Origin: Schizosaccharomyces osmophilus
Taxonomy: Eukaryota
NCBI RefSeq assembly: GCF_027921745.1
Contig: NC_079238.1
Location: forward strand, 3,472,001-3,536,000
DNA: 64,000 nucleotides
Direction: 5' to 3'
Below the pieces are notes generated by a model. It was not told where the DNA came from, made no database searches, and saw only the letters and a list, made by a program, of their open reading frames with translations. Each line of letters starts with the position of its first letter. Positions within the stretch are counted from its first letter, which is position 1. The position numbers and the translations under genes were made by a program. Positions 56,742 through 64,000 of the stretch are shown here, piece by piece.

Positions 56742-58974
56742 TTAAAGTAGACTTTTCCACGCCCCCAAATCACTAAGAGAGTCACCATTCTTAGCATCAT
56801 TTTGGTGAATAGCGCTTTCATTCATTTCGGTAGGTACAAGGGGAGGAAAAGACACGGCAGAAGTGTGGTTCTTACCTGCCATATTTAAAGTTGCAGGTGA
56901 GGGAAAGGACGAAGTTTTCATATTTGAAGGTGGCCGCGTAGAAGGCAGAGTTTGTTCTTGCATGCGGGAAGACTGGTTATTAGCAACTGGATTATTCAAA
57001 GTCTTGGCATTATATATAGAATGGTCATAAGGAGAAGACGAGGGACTAGAGCGTAGCTTCTTTTTGTGTTCTGTTTGAATATAGTCACTCAACTTCCGAA
57101 TTTCCCTCATAAAGTGCGTGTATTCTTGAACGCTCAATTCAGATGATGCACTTAATACCCAAAGCCTCGGCATTACCAGTTCATGAACAGATTCCTCTGG
57201 AATTACTCGTCCGATATCAACATACACTTTCAGCATAGCCATCACTACAGCAGAAACCCGTGTCTTGACTTTTTCTAGCAAAGGTAACAGTTTCTCTAAA
57301 ATTGCAAACGAGTCCAGCAGCTTCGCATCAATAAAAACATGAAAGCATTCCAAGATAGAAACCTTCACTTCTAATTGCTTGGTGACTGAAAAACATTGGT
57401 ATAATTTTGGACATATCGCTGATTTTACAATCTTTTGGTCTAGCATATCTAAAACAGAATGGAAGACCTCAACGGCAGATAACTGAATATTTGCATAAGG
57501 TTGCTCAAGACATGCATAAACAAAAGGCAACACCTTCTCATTAAATGTTGAGCGGGGTAGTTTGGCCTTGAAGCAGTCGATAGATTGCAGAATTATTAAA
57601 AGAGGTTTCTCGGGATTTTTTGGGAAGGAAGTAAGCAAAGGCAAGAGGTTTGGAAAAACTTTATTGCTAAACAAGGAAGGATCAAGGGATTTGGATATTT
57701 GGAAGATGCAAGACAGAAGGGGTGCAACTATCTCTTGATCGTTCAAAAAATCCAAAAGAGTGGGCAAAATCTTCTGCGATTGTACCCGATAACTTATCTC
57801 AGGGAATTTGTTTACCAAAGATTCAAGGAAAACAACCTTCTCGGATTGTAATTTTTCGGGAAAAGCTTCTAAAAACCTCAATGCTGATATGCTTCCATTC
57901 GTGAAGTAATCTGCCGATTCCATAGAGAAAACATTTGCTCTACTTTTCGGGTTTGGAGACAGTAATTTTAGTAGTAAAGAGCGTAAGGAATGCGATTCGA
58001 TATTCTCTACACAGAAATTAAGCCGATCATTCAAATTCTTAACTTCCCTTTCATAAGTTAAGAGATGGTTCTTCGCACTTAATACGCTTTTTCCTCTATT
58101 AAACACTGCATAAACAAGACATCCAAGAGAAAAAACATCGTTTTCAGGACCAACGATTTCATGCAAAACGTACTCGGGAGCTAAAAAATCCAAACATTGC
58201 TGCAAAGAAGAAGGAGTCGAAACGTCGAAATCCATTAACTCATAACGAGGGGATTCAAGTGACTGACAGAAACCAAAGCCGCAAAGTTTCCAGTCACCCT
58301 TTGAATCGATAACAACAGAACGTGGTTGTATATTTAGGTGCAATATCTTTGCGGAATCTTGTAAAAACATGATACCATTTATAATCTGCAATAGACCTTT
58401 TTGAACTTCAATTTCATCCAAAGCAAAAGGATTATCGGCGTCGCTTGAATTACCACTAATTGGGGTAGACATACAGATAACGTCGGCAAGAGACGACTGT
58501 ATTCTTTTGGTTACAAATGTTAGTCTTGACCTTGATTCCTCTAATGGTTCCACAACCTGAAGAAGTGAAGGGTGACGAAGCCTTGATAGAGAACTAACAT
58601 CACGTCGTAGAACTTCAAGAATAAAATTTTCTTTCAAGCTAGTATTTACGGTCGCATTTCTTAGGATCGTTGATAGGATTCGCTTTTCAAAAGAGAAGAC
58701 CGATACCTCAATATCGGTACCTCGTTTTGTAGCAGGATACACTGTCCAAGGTCCTACATAAATGGGACTTTCCTTATCTATATAATAATCATGCTTTATT
58801 TTTTTAGTATTGGATACTGCAGTCTTCTGTTAGTAAGCGCTTCGACTTGCTCAATATTGATTCTTGTGCAAAAAATCCCAGAAAGGTACAATAAATCGTT
58901 GAAGGAATTATTTAAATATACAAAATCAAAATCAACCTTGAAAACTTACCAAAACGGATCGCATTGGCAAACAT
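56742..58974 (-). CDS. ppk32: SCY1-like pseudokinase with HEAT repeats; exons 58974-58950, 58816-56742
   Basis: LRHPSLLQVVEPLEE, HLNIQP, WKLCGFGF, DFLAPE; GTAAGT..CTAAC..CAG intron supplies MFANAIRF start in frame. Confidence 0.82.
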
Positions 58975-59247
58975 GGAAAACCCACTGGAAAACCTTTGTC
59001 AAAAACACGAGACAAAACAAAAATCTGTTTCAGAAATAAAGAAAAGATAGTAAAGATAAATCTAAGTAGTTTGCATAAAATACCAGCAAGATTCAATGAA
59101 TGAACGATCCTCCCTCTCTTATATGGATACAATAGTAGAGTAGGAAGAAAAATGGTGAGTTTCGATTTCATGTATTATAAACCTCTTTGCTGTATAAGAT
59201 GAGAAAATTACACATTCAATTGAACAGAATAATAAATAAAATAAAAA

Positions 59248-59859
59248 CTAAGAAAGTCTAGCAAGATAACCCTGTGCAATTAAACGTTCAACATCTGTAG
59301 CTCGAATGTATAGCTGCGAATTCTTTGTGAGACTAATGGTTCCAAACTCCGTCTCGATGTCGCCTACATCTTTTAAAACACGAACATCAATAAACAAATT
59401 CTTTGGAGGCACTACCGACCCTGTTAAGTCCAAATCTACCCATGGTCCTTTGTATGCAGCAACTAGTTCTGAGTACCGAAACAAATATTCCTGTTCCGCC
59501 TGATTCAAAGAAGTATCTATGCAAGCTTCCATTCGCTTTCCACCACTCCAGCAATATTGTCGTATACATCGAAGCCGGAGATTGTGATATGCCATTAAGC
59601 ACCTTTTATTATACAAATTGGAAGTGTGAAACATGAGCAAAGACGCTGCCTTAGAAGGATGTTCCATAGGGTTAAAAACCACTTCTCCTCCATTCGTAAG
59701 CGCCTGTAAAATTCCCAGCGACTCCCGCTCTGCTGTTCGAATTTCTCGCACAACTTCATTAACAGTGTCTGTTTGATACGGAGGAAGGTAATCCAAATAT
59801 AAGGTACGTCTCGAATCTTGAATGAGCCTGTTCGACTGATTTCCTAGCCCATTTTCCAT
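59248..59859 (-). CDS. psf1: GINS complex subunit Psf1
   Basis: NKRCLMAYHNLR, DLTGSVVPPKNLFIDVRVLKDVG, DVERLIAQGYL. Confidence 0.93.
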   Translation of the reverse strand: MENGLGNQSNRLIQDSRRTLYLDYLPPYQTDTVNEVVREIRTAERESLGILQALTNGGEVVFNPMEHPSKAASLLMFHTSNLYNKRCLMAYHNLRLRCIRQYCWSGGKRMEACIDTSLNQAEQEYLFRYSELVAAYKGPWVDLDLTGSVVPPKNLFIDVRVLKDVGDIETEFGTISLTKNSQLYIRATDVERLIAQGYLARLS

Positions 59860-60675
59860 TTTTTTTAGCTATATGAAAGTGCTGGTGTTCAAGCAATATT
59901 TACAACAACATGAACCAATAACTGCCTAAGTCAAAGCGAAGAGGAAAACATTAATTACATTTCTGACATCTTTTTTCATTCACTAGTATTATTGAGAGAA
60001 AATAAAAGATTTTTGATGAAAAGTTTTCATCACTTCTGACTACCAACATAGTTTTCTCGTAAAACTTTGGCCATAGTTAAAACTTTTAGTTCTAGAACTT
60101 AGTGATAATGTTTCTCGCTTTGAGTTCTATTAGCTTTTACAGGTTTCAGAATTTCTGATACATCAACTTTTGTTACATTCTATAGTACGTGGATATTCGC
60201 GAGATACTTTACAGGGCTAGAAATAGCTAGTGGACTTCTCAAAGTCAATATTGGCAATCGAGAAGGGACAATGATGTTAGGATATTTCAAACGACAAAAA
60301 CAAAGTATGTTGCAGTGTGTCAAACATTTCCATAGTAAAAAAAAAAAATTTTGTAAGCTCTAAACATTTTTGAGATATTCAATTTCATAAAGAGTGTGTA
60401 GGAACCGTTCATGTCATTTGTAGACAATGCAGTGCGTTCATGATTCTAGAAAAATGCAGACGAGCAATTTCATTATCCATAGTAAAAACCTTAAGATCAG
60501 CTTTAAAAAGATGCACCTCTTTGGAATGTTTCTGCAACATAAATAAAGCCACCCATGGAGGTTATGAATAAATAAAGACAAGCAAATATTTGAAGATAGA
60601 AAGATTCAACAATTTCAAGACATTGAACGAATTAAGCAATACTAACAAGAAGCCAAGTAGTATTTTTCAAAAACC

Positions 60676-61995
60676 TCATTTACATCGCTTTTCAATCAAA
60701 GCCAGACGATCAGCTCCATGCTCATCGTATTCTTGTCTAGAAATCCATAATTGATGGAAAGTTCCCAAACTACTAAGGATAGATCCTCCTAACCATGAAG
60801 CGTAGCTACGTTCAATAATATGACCAGAAGCGTGTATCTTTAAACGATTACCAGGATATATTTTAGATAAATCGTTTTGCAAACGAAAAGAAAATCCTTG
60901 CAGTAAACTTGTCCCGCCACAAACGACAATATTGTTAAATAAGGAATTCCGGATATCAACATCGCATTCAGAAATGCAGTTTTGGAACAATTGAGATAAA
61001 CCAAGAGTGCCTTTCGTTACTTGATTGTTCGTACCCTTTTTCTCTTCATCATCCTCGTCCTCATCCTTATCCTCATCCTTTCCATTTTCATTTTCATCAT
61101 CTTGCTCGTCCATTGTCGTATCTTCAGAGGGTTTGAATAAGCGTTCTGGAATTTGGTAGCGATCGGCCCCAAACACTACTCTAGCGCCATCTGGAAATTC
61201 AAATTCTGAATCAATTATGGTACCGTTCGAATCAAAAGGAACATCGGATGTCAAAGCACATTCTTCTTTCCATTCATCGTACACTCTTTCTAGTTGAAAA
61301 CGATGGAATGATTCTGTAGCCTCAACGTTAGCGCGCTCATATTTTGGAGGTTCGCCAATCCCTACGGGATGCTTACTGCGAACAAGGTATTTAGGAGTTG
61401 TTTCGTAACCCTTTTGTCCTAGAGTGCCCGCAATAATTTCATCTAAAGCAGCACCAGCAAATTGCTGTACGTTGTAAGGTTTTTGAAGGACAAACCCATC
61501 ATGAATAGCAGAAACAGAAGCTCTGTCATATCCAACATCTATTAAACAAGCTGTACCTTTTCCACTGGCAAAGGCAGCACATGTTTCTTGCCGCGCTAAG
61601 TACGTAGCTGGACTACCCAAAGATTCAAATACCATTTCCAAAGTTTTGACTCGGTTTTCGGAGGGATTATCGAATGGCTCAGTGACTAGGATTGGATGCT
61701 CTACTGGGTCAGTTTTTAATCGTTCCTTCAGCGCATACTGCCAAAGATCCAGAGTGGCATCCCAATGTTGAATCCATCCATTGGAGATAGACCTTTTAAT
61801 TTCCATCCCTTTATGAGGTTGATATATATATTCCTCGCCAAAAAGTCTTCTTCCATTTTCAAATTCGCCATAATTACTTGGCAAAACGCATTTTGGTATA
61901 TCCTCTCCAGAAAACCCAATTCTCGTCCATTTGCTTCCAGGATCTATGACAATAGCTGAAACTTCATCTCCTCCATAAAAGGCATTACCGCTCAT
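60676..61995 (-). CDS. alp5: Nuclear actin-related protein Arp4
   Basis: YGGDEVSAIVIDPGS, WLGGSILSSLGTFHQLWISRQEY, EKRCK. Confidence 0.88.
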   Translation of the reverse strand: MSGNAFYGGDEVSAIVIDPGSKWTRIGFSGEDIPKCVLPSNYGEFENGRRLFGEEYIYQPHKGMEIKRSISNGWIQHWDATLDLWQYALKERLKTDPVEHPILVTEPFDNPSENRVKTLEMVFESLGSPATYLARQETCAAFASGKGTACLIDVGYDRASVSAIHDGFVLQKPYNVQQFAGAALDEIIAGTLGQKGYETTPKYLVRSKHPVGIGEPPKYERANVEATESFHRFQLERVYDEWKEECALTSDVPFDSNGTIIDSEFEFPDGARVVFGADRYQIPERLFKPSEDTTMDEQDDENENGKDEDKDEDEDDEEKKGTNNQVTKGTLGLSQLFQNCISECDVDIRNSLFNNIVVCGGTSLLQGFSFRLQNDLSKIYPGNRLKIHASGHIIERSYASWLGGSILSSLGTFHQLWISRQEYDEHGADRLALIEKRCK

Positions 61996-62458
61996 TTTTA
62001 TTATTGAAGTTTCTCCCTTGTATACGGAAGGAGGACCGTGCGTTAGGAGGTAGGTGGTATGGCCTAGTGTACCAAATGGGTAGTAGTAAATAAGGGCTTT
62101 ATTTCAAGTTTAAGTTCTTCGATAAACGAAATATCCTTTGATGAATTAAAGGTTTTTAGATTAAATGCTCAAAATTATAAAATGATTGTTTTCTTATTCT
62201 AAAAGCGTAGTGAAGCGTATTTCAAACTTTAAGCGTCTACCTTCAAAATGTCTGTCCAAAAATATTATTATTAAATCCCACCTAAATTTCTTAAGCATAA
62301 GTGCCAAAATTATTAACATCTAAAAAGCACATTGATAGTTGTACACAAAGGACGATAATAACCTTGTTGACGTTTTACAAATGTGCATACTTATAACCCT
62401 CTTAATCCGTTATCCTTTTGTCCTTTTTTTCTATTTAGCTATTGCTAAACGATCAAGT

Positions 62459-64000
62459 TTACTTCACGTCTAGCATCATCTTAATGTTCATAGCTGCAAG
62501 CTCGGCGGTAAGATAATTGAACACACTGGGAAGTGCAACAAGGGTAGTGTTACTTCCTCCAACAAATTTGTGTCCAGTACCATCTTCCCATGTCAAATTG
62601 GCATCTTCTAAACCAGTGGCTGGTTTAGCACAAGCACGGCATTTAACTTCTGAAGAGGCTCCACTGCCACTCATAGAAATCGTAGACATAGGAGAGATGA
62701 TAGAGCCACAGTCACGACAAACCCAACTCTGAGCATAATCTGAACAGTTCATCAAACGATCTTGCATCAAGAATGATGTTCCGTGACCAATAACAGCATC
62801 ACGTTCCATTTCACCGAAACGGATACCACCAGCACGCTTACGACCTTTAATAGGCTGGCGTGTTAGGTTATGAATAGGACCGGTAGTACGAACCTGGAAT
62901 TTATCGTTCACCATGTGACGAAGACGTTGGTAGTAAACAACACCAATATAAATATCAGCCTGCATTTCCTTACCGGTAATACCACTGTACATGGGCTCAT
63001 TTCCGTGATAGTTATAGCCAGATTTTACCAATTGTTCACCAAAATAGTCCGAAGCTGTTTGTTGCTCAGAGAAAATAAATGGTGTACTATCTTGAGCAAG
63101 ACCTTGACAAGCACCAGCTTTACCAGCCAAACTCTCAACAAACATACCGATTGTCATACGCGATGGGAATGCATGAGGATTAATGATAATATCTGGCTGC
63201 ATACCAGTTTCAGTAAAAGGCATGTCAACAGCAGGCCATTTTTGGGAGCAAATACCCTTTTGACCGTGTCTAGAAGAGAACTTATCACCAATAATGGGAC
63301 TGCGGGTAATACGGAACTTGATGTGAATCTGCTGGCATTCAGAATCACCAACATCATTACCAATCAGACGGACTTCATCCACAAAGCCAGGCTCAGTACC
63401 ATGATAACTTTCTACGAAGTTTTGACCAGTTGTTTCATCGTAGTAAGCAACCATAGGATCGCCATCTTCAAGCATTGTACCGACATATGGGAGACCATCA
63501 GCATCAACCTTCTGCTGCCATTCACGACGAGGATTAGAACCAGGGGCAAATCCAAAGTGGTGCACAACAGGCTCACCACGTCTACGCTTTTGGCCTAAAT
63601 CGACAGATTCTCCTTTATAAACGGTACCATAACCGAAACCACGCTCATGAGCTGACTTATTCAAAATCATTGCATCTTCCATATCATAACCGGTATAAGA
63701 GATGACAGCAACGATTGCATTAGTACCGTTAGGATAGTGATCCATTCCGTATGTATTATGCAACTTGGGACGAACAACAGGTGTTTGACCGGTTTGCAAG
63801 CGATATAGCTTGTTATCTGTACGATAGCGTAAAGCAGTTCCAGGAGTACCCATTGTTTGCTTAGCCATCTGACATTGATACATGTTACGGGGAGACTGGT
63901 TAAAGTCAGAGAAAGGGGTCATGTTTGCAACAATTGAAAGTACATTTGTAGGAGAATATTCAACGTGAGTTGAAATCTTTGGAACGATTTCTCTCGGAAA
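62459..64000 (-). CDS. rpa2: RNA polymerase I second-largest subunit (5' part outside window)
   Basis: NQSPRNMYQCQM, YDMEDAM, GDKFSSRHGQKG, NPHAFPSRMTIG, GGIRFGEMERD; frame open to window end. Confidence 0.95.
   Translation of the reverse strand, partial: FPREIVPKISTHVEYSPTNVLSIVANMTPFSDFNQSPRNMYQCQMAKQTMGTPGTALRYRTDNKLYRLQTGQTPVVRPKLHNTYGMDHYPNGTNAIVAVISYTGYDMEDAMILNKSAHERGFGYGTVYKGESVDLGQKRRRGEPVVHHFGFAPGSNPRREWQQKVDADGLPYVGTMLEDGDPMVAYYDETTGQNFVESYHGTEPGFVDEVRLIGNDVGDSECQQIHIKFRITRSPIIGDKFSSRHGQKGICSQKWPAVDMPFTETGMQPDIIINPHAFPSRMTIGMFVESLAGKAGACQGLAQDSTPFIFSEQQTASDYFGEQLVKSGYNYHGNEPMYSGITGKEMQADIYIGVVYYQRLRHMVNDKFQVRTTGPIHNLTRQPIKGRKRAGGIRFGEMERDAVIGHGTSFLMQDRLMNCSDYAQSWVCRDCGSIISPMSTISMSGSGASSEVKCRACAKPATGLEDANLTWEDGTGHKFVGGSNTTLVALPSVFNYLTAELAAMNIKMMLDVK

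Noticed and set aside
62870..63598. 242-aa antisense ORF in rpa2 (and similar ones in qcr1, tos1-like, ccc2)
   Set aside because: Shadow ORFs caused by codon bias of the sense gene

Overview
Eukaryotic DNA from a fission yeast. It is Schizosaccharomyces, probably the S. octosporus/osmophilus/cryophilus clade rather than S. pombe; this is inferred from divergent proteins, a 5S variant and the 5S-linked wtf locus. Most of the window is housekeeping genes in S. pombe-like order: wrs1, nrd1, akr1, gep3, snf5, cph2, pol4, tif5, med1, pom1, psr1, lys3, emi1-like | rmd5, his7, ccc2, sdh4, qcr1, frg1, orc4, ell1 ... tos1-like, ppk32, psf1, alp5, rpa2. The notable part is an ~8.4 kb accessory island (45.5-53.8 kb) bracketed by tRNA genes. 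It contains (1) two directly repeated 5S rRNA genes enclosing an intact five-exon wtf poison-antidote meiotic-driver-type gene on the minus strand, which the ORF track breaks into fragments and whose exon 1 it misses, plus a divergent two-exon wag-like gene; and (2) just outside, two paralogous DUF999/mug2-like membrane genes, one apparently intact and one pseudogenised, with Mei4/FLEX-like sites upstream. All four island genes share design elements: DLE(K)G-like motif, hydrophobic helices and a polar tail in all four; PY-type motifs and Gly-containing 7-residue repeats in three. Gene names and synteny come from recall of S. pombe proteins, not from database searches. Intron calls were made by hand from splice signals and reading-frame continuity.
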